The notes beneath the pieces are model-generated. The model had not been told where the DNA came from and did no database searches. It saw only the letters and a list, made by a program, of their open reading frames with translations. The translations under genes were made by a program, and so were the position numbers. Positions 1 to 13,539 of a stretch of 64,000 nt of DNA are shown piece by piece; positions within the stretch are counted from its first letter, which is position 1; every line of letters begins with the position of its first letter. This DNA comes from Eledone cirrhosa. Taxonomy: Eukaryota. The stretch spans positions 145,576,001-145,640,000 of the forward strand of contig OZ024740.1 in the NCBI GenBank assembly GCA_964016885.1, in the 5' to 3' direction.

Positions 1-1324
1 GCCCTTTGAATAAATAATGAATGAATATTACATAATTTATCTACTAAATTTCGTGGCTGTTCATTAAATATATTTTGTTTATTTAAAGATTCACTTCTTT
101 AAAATTTCTGAAATGTCAACACTTCCGGTTGGCCATCGCTTAAATAAACATACTAATTTTCTCCTAATGCAGTTTATATATAATATCGTTTTTTTTAATG
201 TATCATGGATTACGTTACTGATTAAATAAGACAGTGTAACGCAGTCTTCGTTCAATTTCTATGTATTATATATTGTCAATTACGATTTTATTTGACGTAT
301 CATATCTAAATGTATATATAATATTTGCATATAATATCAATATACACACTACACATGCTAGCAGAAAACCACCCCAAGGGTGGTTTTTCTGCTAGTCTCT
401 CATAATATTGAATCTATGAGATTTTGATGTTATTTATTTTGAGAACAATATCTTAATATCAGTATGAGTGGCCAGTTACAGCCGGTTTGAACAGAAAGGT
501 GGGAGAATTCTGGCCGGATAAGGCTGGTTTAAATGCTAATCAGAAAAATATTCTTCTTGGTTGACATCTCAGCAGTTTGTTTTATCTAAAAGATGAACTT
601 CTTGATTGCTCTGAACATTTTGAGAGCTGAATAATTAAATTACAAACAACATGCAGCTCTCTGGTAGCTTTTTTGTCAAACCGATAGCTGTTGAAGCATC
701 CTCTGCCCTTGAATCACATCCATACTCACTACTATCATGATGAAAATTACTATCTACAAGGATGATCCCCATTAAGTGAACTGGTTCTTTCAGTACATCC
801 CCTTTACAATCTTCCAGAACAATGCATTCATTATTTTGTCCAATGGGACCATGAAACATTTGCATAACACAAAGATTTTGTTTACTAAATAAAATGTAAA
901 CAACCACAGGAATATGTCTTTGTGAAACCCAACTAGTGAGGTTATCACTCACATAAACATGATAGAATAAAATTATACTTTTCCAGTTTATTAACCTCGT
1001 CGGTATACTTTATATTTATATTTATACTACATTTTTAATCTTTGATTGTTATCACTTGTCTTATTCCTAAATATGTTGATTTCTCATGACTGGATTCAAA
1101 CTAATAACCTTTTTATTAAAACTAAGGATAATAATTTCCTTAGTCACTGGCATACTGACTCTCTTGATAAGCACATTATTACTTTTAGTTTATAGACTTA
1201 AATTGAATCCAGTGCTGAACCATCCAGAAATATAACAAACAATGATGAATGGAAATCAAATCGATAATGAAAGAGATAAATATTGTTTAAATATAAGGTT
1301 AATACTCTAGGAAATTGGTATGGG

Positions 1325-1745
1325 CCTCCATCAGTTTTGATGAGGAGTGTTTCAGTTGTTCAATCAACAGAACAGCCTCCTCCTAAAATTAACATGCAAG
1401 TGACTGAGCATTCCACAAGCCCATGTACCCTGATCTTAATTCTCAGGGAGATTTAATGTGATACAGTGTGATAAGGTTGGCCCTTTGAATTATAGTTACA
1501 GTTTATCTGACGAGCCATTATTTTTCCTATCACTAAATTTCTATCATAGCAAAGGAAAAAACCTCCATCTGTTTCAACAATGAGTGTTCCAATTGCTGAA
1601 TCAATAAAACAGCCTGTTCATGAACTTAACATATAAATGGCTGAGCATTCCAGACATCTGTACCTTTAATGTAATTCTTAAGGAGATTCAGCATGACACA
1701 TTGTGTGACAAGACTGGTCCCTTGAATTAAAGGTACAATCCAACT
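1325..1745 (-). mobile_element. Two adjacent decayed SINE-like copies (same family as 20570-20790)
   Basis: Shared core aaattaac.tg.aagt.gctgagcattccacagac...tctcagggagattcagc.tgacaca...ggccctttgaa at ~1385-1500, ~1622-1740 and ~20630-20750; orientation inferred from recalled SINE consensus. Confidence 0.6.
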
Positions 1746-1754
1746 GATGGATAT

Positions 1755-1905
1755 TCAAAGTTTCCATCAACCCAATTTCACTCACAAGGCTTGGGTCTGT
1801 CTGAGGCTATGGTAAATGACACTTGTCCAAGATGTCATGCAGTGGGATTGAACCTGAGACCCAATGATCGTGAAGCAAACTTCTTAAACATTTGGCCATG
1901 CTGTG
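1755..1905 (-). mobile_element. tRNA-derived SINE head, decayed
   Basis: Minus strand reads gcatggccaaatgtttaagaag...ggttcaatcccactgca...cttggacaagtg (A/B-box-like); a related copy lies on + at ~8941-9065. Confidence 0.55.
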
Positions 1906-2633
1906 TCCATTCTAGAAAATTACAATCCTATTTCAAACCCATTTCAGTCATTTAGACATAAGTATTGAATGGCTTAGATCATATAGCCTAATACATCAAT
2001 GACTACAAATATAGGAGTAAAAACTCTCTGGATATAGAATCTTAGTTCCTCATTAGTTAGCTATTTATATTTGTCATATTCTCAAACATCTATGTCTATT
2101 CTGTAATCTATGCTCTTTGTTTCTGTGATGGTAACATAGTGTCAGTATTCTTTATTTTTGTGTGTATGTATACAATCTATGTGTAGCAAATTGGCAAAAA
2201 CGTTAGAATATCAGATAGAATACTTGGCAATATTTGTTCTGGCTCTCTAAGTTCAAATCCCCACCAAGATCAACTTTGCCTTTCATCTCTGAGGTTATAA
2301 AAAAAAAAAAAATGTACTATCAGTCATATATTGGGGTCGACTCGTCTGCTATATCTTTCTTACTTTCTTTCTTTTTCTGCTTCTCTAAAAGAAATTGACT
2401 GTGTTCAGGCATGGAGAAGTAATGGGTTCCACTAAGTTTAAAGTACCCAAGACACATCCTATATCATGATGGTACTCCTACAACACACCTACCTTCATCA
2501 GGAGTTTCAGCCCCTTATATATAGTTTACATCACCATAGCTTATATATCAATCTCCCAATTTATTTTTCCTATTGCATTTTGTTATGATGGGTAGATTGC
2601 ATAAGTTCTATTTTTATGACTGGATTCCTTCTA

Positions 2634-3781
2634 CAAGGTTGCTCAGTTCTTTGAGGACACGTCTTTTAATCAGGCTAACATTTTTCTATATTTTCAGATA
2701 AATGATGACAGACATCAAGCTAACTTAGCAAATGAAAAAGCACAGGCAGAGCATAGTGATTTAGTGATTGCTTGCCTCCTAAAAGTTGCAGTCATTTATT
2801 GTCAAAGTTTTCAAAGACCTGGAAGCCACTACAGCAGTAGCAAAATGTAAAACACCTGCTAAGAGTCCTAATACCATCAGAACATCCAAATTTGTATAAA
2901 AGGTGCAGAAAATGTTTGATAAGAACCCCAGAAAATTAATTAACGCTATTGCTAAGAAGCTCAGGGTGTCAAGGCACACTATCAGAAGAATTATGCATGA
3001 GGACCTTTGATACAAGTCATATGTGATGCAGAGAAGCCAATTCATGTCTGCAAAGACAAAAGATAACCTGCACAAAGCACTTGTTGGGCAAGTTGAAAAA
3101 TCAAGAACCGAGAGTGCTTTGTTCTTATCTGATGAGAAAAACTTTGCTAAGGACCAAAAGGTCAACCAAAGGAATGACAGGTGGTTAAAAACGTTCCAAA
3201 GGTCATACACAAAGTTTCCAGCAACTGTGATGATTCTGGGAGATGTCAGCCTCTTCACTTCTTTCCTCAGGGCTTAAGAGTCAATGATGCTGACTATAAG
3301 GTGTTGGAGAGGGTTGTGAAGCCTTGGATAGAGAATGTGAGCAAAGGAAGGCCATAGACTTACTAAGACTCTGCACCACCTCATAAGGCTAAGACAACCC
3401 AAGAATGAATGAGTTACAATCTCCATGATCATGTCACCCAAAACATATAGCTCCCTAGCTCTCCAGACCTGAATCTGTTGGACTACTATGTATGGGGTGT
3501 AGTTGAAAGGGAAGTCAATCAATGCCTCCATAACACTATAAAATCTTTGAAGTCCACTATAATTAGCACAATGTCCAAAATAGATAAAGATCATCTGATT
3601 CAGGCATATCAATATTTCAGACCTTGTATTGAAGCAGTCACTAATGGACTTATTGAGTAAATGCATCAACAAGTCTCAAGATTATTCATGCCAATTTTTT
3701 ATGAAATAAAGCTCTTCTTTCATGAATTATGTGTCTATTATTAAATTCATGCAAATGTCATCAAAGAACTGAGCAACTCTG
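2634..3781 (+). mobile_element. Decayed Tc1/mariner-superfamily DNA transposon (DDxD, maT-like)
   Basis: ~25-bp imperfect TIRs (caaggttgctcagttctttgaggac / gtcatcaaagaactgagcaactctg), TA on the left; broken transposase with FLSDEKNF, DSAPPHKAK and SPDLNLLDYYVWG motifs and several stops. Confidence 0.88.
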
Positions 3782-4749
3782 CAACAACAACGCAGTGGAT
3801 TCAGCAACAGACCCAGAGTTTGTTGCCTTACCAGTTGAAGATTACAAACTGTTGATGCATTGGCCACTTTCCAATAGGCTTGTCATTGAACCTATAGCAT
3901 AGATTTCTGGATACCTGGACTTCCTCACTAGCCTCCAAACTAATGCTTTCCCTATTCTGTCCAGTGGGATCATGAGGCGACATGTTCTTGGGAGTTCTGC
4001 ATGTCAGAGAGAAAGAGTAAATGAATGGCAGAGAGGTGGGTGACAACGTTCATCAATTGATTCATGCTGTTACTGTTGGCCACTACATACACACATATAT
4101 GCACACACAAACTAAATTTTCTATGCAATCATAATAGTGATTTGTAATTTTGGTACAAGACCAGAAATTTTAATATTATGACAATTATTTTTCTTGACTA
4201 AAATGTAAACATTTTATAGTAAAATCTCTTACTATTCATCCTAAAAATTATATTATAGTGTTATCACATGTTATCTTACAGGAATAGAAAATTAAATTTT
4301 AATCTTGAAAGTGTGTATCCCAGTGTTTGGAATAGGTATCCCTATGTGTTGTAAGAGGCAACTAAAAGGGTTGGAGTCAGGAAAGGCATCCAGCTATGAA
4401 ACATGGTCTCAAAAATCTTGTCCAATCCATGCCAACATAGGAAAGTGAAAGTAAGAATGATGAGCATAATGTGCATTTCATAAAGTTTTATATATTTGAC
4501 AAAACAATGTTGATAACATAAATTTCATCTGATAAATCCCAAAGACAATCAAAGGATTAGTTACTGTCAACTGAATCGCCCTCAGTACATTAATTATTTA
4601 TTTAACTGGATGCAAGATTCAAAATTGACTAGTGTAAGATTTGAATTCAGAATGCAATTTATTCCACTGCTTTACCAACTCATCAACATTTGCTCTATGA
4701 ATACTGTCCATTAATTTAGGATAATAAATTGGCAGAATAGGTAGAACTT

Positions 4750-5070
4750 CTTTCCATCACCCACTTATTCCTGAGACGGTCGTCAGGGCAGAGTCCTCAA
4801 ACACTCCTCCCAGCAGGTCCTGTTAGAAGCAATCCTCTCCAGCTGATCTGGCTGGATCCCCAAGCATGACCAACCAAGCTCATGGATGTTATCCAAACAT
4901 CTTGCTCAGGGTCTACCTCTGGGTCCCCTACCCGTTGGTTTTGCCCATAAAATCTGTCCAGCCATTCTTTTACTGAGACATTCTAACCACATGCCATAAG
5001 TATCAGAGCTGTGATCTCTTCAGAGAAGTAGCAGCTCTACCTGGAGTGACTCTCTGATCTCCAAGCTATG
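4750..5070 (-). mobile_element. Old RTE LINE 3' fragment
   Basis: Decayed RT C-terminal tail (LRYLWHVVR..., GPRGRP...WLG-like) on the minus strand. Confidence 0.55.
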
Positions 5071-5079
5071 TACGGGTTA

Positions 5080-5400
5080 ACAAGGGATGTGGCCAGGCCT
5101 TAGGTAGAGGGGTCTGTTCGAAAAATATATTGCAGTCTCCATTTTATGCCACAAAAACTGGTGATGGGCCTGCAACCCACCCTGGGTGGCGTGGGATAGA
5201 CACACAAAGGTTGTGTATCCCGAGACCCCAAAGAGGGTCCAGAAGGGAGCAAACCATAACAGTTGGAACCTAGAACATCACAACCATTATAGGTAAGGAG
5301 CAGGAACTAGTGGAGGAGGCTAGATGCTACCAGCTAGATATTGTCAGGGTTTCCTCAACAAAGTTCTGTGACTCTGTAAATTTGGATGGAGGATGGAATA
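5080..5400 (+). mobile_element. Old RTE LINE 5' fragment (start of APE endonuclease)
   Basis: Translates GT*NITTIIGKEQELVEEARCYQLDIVRVSST, matching the RTE APE start GTWNV.SL.GKE.ELV.E...Y.LDIVG. Confidence 0.65.
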
Positions 5401-8400
5401 GGGAGAACTCCATACAAAATACATGATTTTTAATGTTCTGAATTCAAATTCCAAGGAGATCAACTTTGTCATTCATCCATTGATAAAACACCATTCAAAT
5501 ACTGGAGTCAATTTAATACATTATACCCTCCTCTTAACAAGGTGGTTTTGTGTCACTGTTATAAATAAATAAAAAAAATCTATTAATTTACACCTACAAA
5601 GTTTTAAGCAAGTTATATCTTAAATTCTATACAATCAAATCTATAGAAAACTTTCCTAAAATATATTTGCAGTTCAATGTGGTATTTTATTTTATCTTTT
5701 ACAAGCTAAAGGTATTTAATCAGGAGCTACAGAATTAAGTACCTTATCTAAGCAATGATGTTACAATGAACAAAAATTTGAGAAACTAATAAGTTATAAA
5801 CTAATATTTAAATTTAACAAATATTTTACTATGAAATTTTTAGTAAAGGTGAGATTTACAATAAATAAGAGTTGTTATCTAGTCAGGTTACAGTGCTGCA
5901 AGTCCTACAAGACAATCAGACACATCAATCAAAGTAAATCTCCAACAGTTTTGAAGACTGATTTAAGACTTCTTTAATATCCTATGAAGTAAGAGAGACA
6001 AAAACTTTGGTTAGAGGCTACAAATGAGATATATACAGTTAATTTGACAAAGATTTTGCTTTTTGTCCTGATAGCAGTCATTAGCAGCTCAGCTTCCTAA
6101 CTGCACTGTTTAAGCCTTGTTGATTCTTTTATTTCATGGTTGAATGGTTAGCAGCTTGGCTTATTAACTGTGCTGTTTCATTTCTTATATGTTCAAATCC
6201 CAGTAATTCCTTAGTTTTTTTTTAAAAAGAGATCTGCTGCATATCATAAGTTTCTTAGTTCACTCCATAAGTGAACCCTAATGTTTATTGAAAATATGAT
6301 AAAAGGTTGTCCAAAAATAATACTTGACATTAGTATTTAAAGGGTACATTATTTTATTGAATGTCAAAGTGGATCTCAGTGTTATTTGAACCTGAAATGT
6401 AAAGGACTGACCCGAAATATATAACATTTTGTTCACCCCTATATTTTCCATTAGTTTTATTGAAATAACACAGACAATTTGTTGAAACCATTTTTATACT
6501 GCCTTAGGAACCCATCAAAATTCTATGTATTTAAATTATATTTAATTCTTTGGGGTGTTTTGATAATTACACTTCTGGTCGTGATAGAGCAACATGTTTC
6601 TACAGTGTTTATGTATTATTTTGCCATAAAATTAATACCGTTTACCTCGAGTTTTCCTATCAGCTCTACCAGAGTAGGTTTACAGTAAGAAGCCAAAAAA
6701 ATCCAGCACCTTAGATTAGGTGTAGTGAGGGGGTGCAAAATAGTTAAGACTAGTGAGCAAAATACCTTGTTATAGATTTCTGGTTGATCCTTTACATTCA
6801 AAATTCAAATCCCACCAATATCAATAAAATAATGTACCAGTCATGTTTAATTGACTAATACTGCTGTTTCACAGGCTTCTTCAAACAAGCAACAATGGCA
6901 AAAAAAATTCCAAACAAATCTTAGTGCCATTTGCACTTCAAGGATAAATGAGGCTGTAAACCACAAGTCACACTATTCCTGTGAAGAACAGCAACCCCAG
7001 AAGTGGATTAGCAGAATTATTAGAGCACCAGGGCATTTAGTTAGCAGTTATTTCAAACCTTAATCTAAACTTCAAAGTTGTCAGTCCTGCTTTTCTTGAA
7101 TAGAATTAATCATTGAGCTAATTGAGTTTTCCCCCACCTCATTACAGGTATAATTTTGATTAAAATGTTTTCTTGGTACACTCCATTTAGTAAGTTAGTA
7201 CCAATTTAACTAAATTTGATATAGTTATATTCTGAAATAATGGCTTCACTGATGACTGAATTGTTAAGATCCTGTGTTAAACTAGATATACAGAGCAATA
7301 AGATGATTTGAATTTTGCATATAAAATATACCAATAAATATTTATTTTGTATTGAAAAGCAATTCATTTGAGTTTAAATAGATAAAAACTGCTCAAATTT
7401 TTCCGAGTCTTTTAATAGATGTAAAAGAATAAGACAGTAAGAAAGACAAATATCAAGGCACTTGGTAATCCCCATCAACACTAAGGGAGCACCATCAACC
7501 TAAAATAACAGCAATGATGAATTGTTTCTGGAAACAAAATTCAGAAATTAATATTTCTTTATAAATAGATTTAAAAGGTAAAATTCTTTACCTAATTTGA
7601 AATATCATACAACTCAAAACATTTTTTACTGGAAATCTATGGATAAAGGAAGATAACATAAAATAACTACATATTTGTTTTTAAAACATTTTGTTTCAGT
7701 ATTAAAAAATTATAAAAATTTAAAGCTACAGATCATTATAAAAGACACTTTTAGGAAAGGGAACCATATTTACAATCACACATACACACACATATATATA
7801 TATATATGTACATACATAAATAAAAACACATGCATGCATGTGTGTATATATATGCATGTATGTATATACTATCACAAGCAGATGCAGTTTTGTTTTTGTC
7901 TTTTTCTTAAAGGTGTGCTTTAAAATTTACTTTGAATTTGAGAAAATGTATAATTATTTTTAGGAAATTTGAATTAAATAAACCTTATGCTATACAGCTA
8001 ACACCTGAATTATTTAATCTGTGAAGATATAATTATACATTAGATCTATCTCAATAATATATACCAACAAATCAGCAAGATAAAAGCACACTTACAAACT
8101 GAAATAGAATTTGCTTTCTGCCATCTAAAATTCAAATGCTTTAGTAACAATATTCAAATAGATTGCAAGGCAACATTCCTAAGAGCTGATCTTGGTAAAC
8201 ATTCATTTATCAGCAATGACAATTATTCCAAGCTCACATAATTATTTCTGATGCCATAAACACTAACAAAAGAAAAATAGTAAATACTACCAGTACATCA
8301 AAAGACAAAAAGAAATAACAATCCATAACTTTAACAATATATGCAAAAAAGACAAATATAGGAGTAACCAATTCAATTTATAACAGTATACCTTAGACAT

Positions 8401-10079
8401 ATATTTATTATTTAAACCAATTTAATACCATTGAGACATAAGGCCTTGAAATTTGATTGCCATTTATTATTCATCTTGGATCATATGTTGAGCTTCACCA
8501 TCCTCAAGATTCATCTCTATCAAACTGGCTTTTATTATCCTCTGTCAAATGCTCTTAGGGCAACTGGGTTTCCTTTTTCCTGGTGGACTCTATATTACAA
8601 TGCTATTTTAGTAAGTAATAGATGAATTCTGAACCTGAATTAGCCAAAACAGATATTTAATCTATAAACAATTTATCTGTTTGAAAACCTTTAAAGTAAG
8701 GATTGGCAACTTCTTTTTCCTATATTTTTACCTATGTGGGATATAGAAAAAAAAGTTATACACACACACACACATTTATATATATATATATATATATATA
8801 CATACATATATACTCATCATATATATATATAAACATACATATATACTCATTATATATATATATATATATAAAGTGCTCTTACACAGACATGTAGCTGGAC
8901 TATTTTAAGGGAGAGAGAGAGACAAAGAGAGGGGGGGAGACAGGCATGGCCATGTGGTTAAAGTGTTCACTTTGCAACCATATGGTTTCAGTCTTCTAAT
9001 ATCGCCTCACTTAACCAATGCCTATTGAGTGAAACTTGGCAGACGGAAACTGCAGAAGTCCATTTCATACACACACACACACATTTAAATACAAAGGAAA
9101 GAAAACAGCACTGAATACATTATGATATATATTTGTACATATTTATAGTTAAGCAGTTAATGACTCACACTGTTTCATAAGCATAAAAGCATGTGTCTAA
9201 TCAATCAGATACCTGTGACAAGTGAAACCTTAGATGTGTTCAACTTGAAAGGTGGTTTCTTATTTGTTGCTCATAAGCTACATTCACACAGGATAAGCCA
9301 TGTCAAATGATGAAAATTATTGCAGACTATGAAGCATTATTAGATTGTAAAAGCGCTACTATGATGTAGGTGTAGCAATTTGGCCAAGATTAACATTCAT
9401 TAATGGACAAGTAAACTTCTCAATTTTACCGAATATTATTTTCTGAGTCAGCCAATAGAAAATAACCCAAGACAAAAAGATCATCTGCAAGAGCAATTAG
9501 ATATAACTTTGGATTATTTTGTTTAAGGATACCATGGGCTGGTTCAAGATGTGCAGTTTCTCTGACAAGCAGAGCCTGCAGTCGCATAATCCACTGGAGT
9601 ATGGAGGGGTTTTTGGTAAGGCTCTAGTTCATATATTTGGTCTCTAGGCTTCCAAATGAAATAGGATAGGCAAGTAGAGTTTATCAGATATACCATCCGT
9701 AAAGTTGCTGGTGGTAATCCCCATGACGTTTTCTCGAGATACTGTCTTGAGTAAATGTAGATCTATACACAAGGGCCAGTGAACGACAAAACTCTGCTCA
9801 GAAAGCATGTGGAGTTATTTTGTCAATTGCAGTTGGGTTACTCAAGTGGGCACTGTGCAAATGTATGCTTTCAGTTGTGGTGTGTAATGTTGGAAGTGGT
9901 GTTATCTACACAAAAATACCTAAACTTAATGTGTATTAAAGTGTTTGGTACTCATGTATCATCTGAAAGTACTACCTCACAATACATAGAACATTCCTAG
10001 AAATGTTAGTAATGATGTTTAAATTAAGAGGTTGATTAAACTAATTTACTTTTTGCTTTCTCAGGCACATAGATATACG

Positions 10080-10160
10080 TATATCCATACCCACAAATAT
10101 ATATATATATACACACACGCACACACATATATATCATCATTCAATTCACACACACATTAG

Positions 10161-10191
<31 letters not shown>

Positions 10192-10197
10192 AGACAT

Positions 10198-10228
<31 letters not shown>

Positions 10229-10294
10229 CATTCAGAGAGATCCAAGTATATACATATAAAAATATAAATACATAGGTATTCACACACACACCAT

Positions 10295-10349
<55 letters not shown>

Positions 10350-10446
10350 TACACATGTATATATACTTATATACACACACACACATATATATATATATAT
10401 ATGGATGTATATATACATATATATATACACAAATATATAGAGATTT

Positions 10447-10477
<31 letters not shown>

Positions 10478-10525
10478 CACATGCATACATACATATATTT
10501 AAATACACGTGTATCTATATACATG
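10080..10525. repeat. Compound (TA)/(CA)/(TACA)/(TG)/(AG) microsatellite
   Basis: Directly visible simple repeats. Confidence 0.95.
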
Positions 10526-11044
10526 GCAAACCAATCAGTGAATAATTGAAGTTAGTATATGTCACCCAGTATTCTATTCTACTCCTGTAAGTACCTTTCT
10601 ACCACACTATTCATTATCCTCACATCCATACTATGCCATGTGTGTAATGAGGGAGGGTATTTAGTCTGTCTGTGTTCAATTCCTCCACCATCATCCTTCT
10701 TTCAATCCATACTATCTTTGTAACAAAAAATGACATTGTATCTGTCCATATTCAATACCTTCCACAGTCACTATCTACCACAAACCATCCTTCTCTCTTC
10801 CCCATGTGACTTAATTGATATCTACTGTTCTGACCATTGCACGCTCTTTATTACCTTGACCTATCTTATCACTATCCCATTCTCTATTCAACCTCCTACC
10901 AATTCATACCTATCACTGTCTCTCTCCTATTAACCACTGCTCCCATCCTATCTTTTCCTGTTCTACATTTATAATCTCCCCTCTTTCACACTACCCTTTC
11001 TTTTCAAAAACTCTTGGTCAAGTTCACATTGAAAGAACAGTGTC

Positions 11045-11372
11045 TACATAAAGTCAAAAGAGCAAGGTAACTTCCTTAGAAATTGTGCCACAATAAAATG
11101 CATCCAGTATACTCTGAAAAGTGGCTGGCAATCTATAGTCACCTGGAGGGCTTGGCAACCTTTCTAGTACTATGATAAAATATACCCAATAAAATATGAA
11201 GATATTGGTGTTAAGAAGAGCATCCAGCCATAAAAAAAAATAGAATGTACAAGTGAAACATGGTCTTCTGACCCATGGAGGAGGGGCAGCAACTTTGAAT
11301 AAAAACTGACTTAGAACATAAGACAACCCATCCAACCCATGCCAGCATGGAAAACAAAGGTAAAATGATGAT
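11045..11372 (+). mobile_element. SINE with RTE-derived 3' tail
   Basis: Ends ...ttggtgttaagaagagcatccagcc...ccaacccatgccagcatggaaaac...aaatgatgat, matching the 3' ends of the RTE LINEs at 28910-29062. Confidence 0.6.
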
Positions 11373-11549
11373 TACCATGAATGATACATGTGTGGGTGTG
11401 TATGTGCTTGTATGCATGTGTGTGTACATATATGTGTGTATGTGTCTTTATGCATAAAAACACACGTAAACACACACACATAACTTAACCACATACATAA
11501 GATATATACATACACATATATGCACACATATAAAAACACTTACAAACAC

Positions 11550-13332
11550 TCATTTTAAATCTGTGTATATGCATGGAATGCGAGACTACATACATTTACA
11601 TAATGAGTCTGCATAAGCTTCCTGAGATGAAAACAACTGTCTCACTGAAGACATTAACCCTCTGAAATGTCAATGTAATACTAAAGATTCTTTGATACTG
11701 AATACTTAATGAAACAAATTCTATTAGAAACTGGACAATAAAAAAAAATCCATTCAATCCTGAATTGCTAATATCTCAGATATATGTAAACTAATAGTAA
11801 GTAGGTGATATTTTCCAATAAAAAAACAAACATGCTCCAATATATAGAGGAACAGAACATAATCTCCACAAAACATAACATTAGCAAATATAAAATTTGA
11901 AAAAATATATTGAAATTATAGTAGTCCCAAATAATATAGAGTAACAGTATAAAAACCAACAACAATTCTACTATCAACAATTCTAAGAAAATGAACATCA
12001 GAAGTAAAACCTAATATCTATGTTATGCCAGAATTAGTTTTATTGTCAACCCAGAAATATACTATTAATTGTATTGAGTTAGTAACTAAGTTTGAAAAAA
12101 AAAACATATTACAAAATAAATTGATACATGTAATAATCTTTTAATTTGGATTTAAATGAGGTTATTAAATTCATTATAGAAAGCTTTGATTGATGTCAAT
12201 GATAAATTTTTAAATGTAGGAAGATGTACGTATGATACATAATAATAAGTTGACCAATGTACAGAACATTCTCAGCAAATACATATCCAAATTATTTACA
12301 ATTTCTTGCAAAATGATCTCTGTAAAGATAGCGAATTGTCTTGAGAAAGAAAAGAAGAAGCTAGGTTTTTTAAAGAAACTTTTTTTATCACCCAAAATGC
12401 ATTTTGGTTTTCAGAAAAGTATATAAAAAATATTAACAAAAGAAAGAAATTATTTTTACAAACTTATAAACAGAAAAATTGTTTTAAGTATACTTGCAGT
12501 ATTCAAACAGTTTAATAGGGGAAGGAAAATATTCAACAACTATTTAATAACTAAAATAATACACCTTAAACTATAAAATTATCATTTTAGCTTTCATTTG
12601 CTTTTTATTATAAAATTGTGTGCTAATTTAACATTCAGATTTTAACAGTTTTTAAATTGTTTTCTAGTTATATAAATTTATATATACCAACTTATAATTA
12701 TTTTCAATTTGTTAATGTTATATATGAAAGTAAATAAAGAAGAGTACATTATTTTAGCTTGAATTGATTGATAACTGCAGGACATCTTTGTATTGTCCAT
12801 CCACGATGAATGAGATACTAAACATATTCCTTCCCCTAAATCCCTGCAACATAGGTGGGAGCAGTTAATGGAAATGTGATAGAAGGAAATACAAAGAACA
12901 CTGCATAAAAAGAGAAAGGTTGGTACAGCAGCTTTGGTGACAGTAGACAACTTGTAAATCACTGCAGAAATGAATACTTTCCAGGAGATAAACAAGAAAA
13001 CATTTTGTTCTATTATACACTTTTACTATTACGAATTAATAAAATGATTTCTTTTGCATAAAAACTTTTTAGGCTTTTTTTTTTACAGGCTTTTGTTCAG
13101 GATTCTTTTTTTATAGTTTTCTCTTTGTTAATTGTAGACAAGGAGGATAATAGTAAACATGACAGCAGTGGGAGTATTTGAAGCAATATTCTCAAGATAG
13201 ATGAATAAAGCTTAAAATAGGGAGAAGGCTAATGAAACTTCATTAAACATTTCCATCAAATTCTTTCCAACAATTGGTGTCCTTTGTAGCAAGAGAAAAA
13301 GAGAAGGTAGAAAAAGATGAGAAGCCAATGAT
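11550..13332 (-). other. NCK: Probable Nck 3' UTR (distal end uncertain)
   Basis: AT-rich, repeat-poor stretch directly after the stop with several minus-strand AATAAA (e.g. near 12604 and 12038); the true poly(A) site cannot be fixed from sequence. Confidence 0.4.
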
Positions 13333-13539
13333 TTAGAATTCTAATGGATACATAAATGCTTTTACAAGATATAATTTTTCAGAATCTTGTTTATATATAG
13401 GGTGTTTCTTATAATGTTCTATCATATCATCAAGTGATGAGAAAGTCTGCTGTCCAATCTGATATACTCCATCATTTACTTGGACACGGAAATGCTTGTT
13501 CCGACCAGGAGCTTTCAAAACAACAGTATAATGTCCAAC
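13333..13539 (-). CDS. NCK: Nck last coding exon (C-terminal part of SH2), 68 aa + stop
   Basis: Acceptor ttctttattttag|GTT at 13540/13539; in frame with the phase-0 donor, giving DSEST|[20 protein letters not shown]...[14 protein letters not shown]...KLYLVKAF, typical of the Nck SH2 C-terminus; TAA at 13335-13333. Confidence 0.96.
   Translation of the reverse strand, partial: VGHYTVVLKAPGRNKHFRVQVNDGVYQIGQQTFSSLDDMIEHYKKHPIYKQDSEKLYLVKAFMYPLEF

Noticed and set aside
9155-9300. Possible decayed hammerhead on the minus strand (CUUAUGA...GAAACAGUGU)
   Set aside because: Core G5 missing and helix I does not pair convincingly.
9380-9900. Coding-like GC-richer segment, perhaps an old retroelement
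   Set aside because: No diagnostic motif recoverable without a search.
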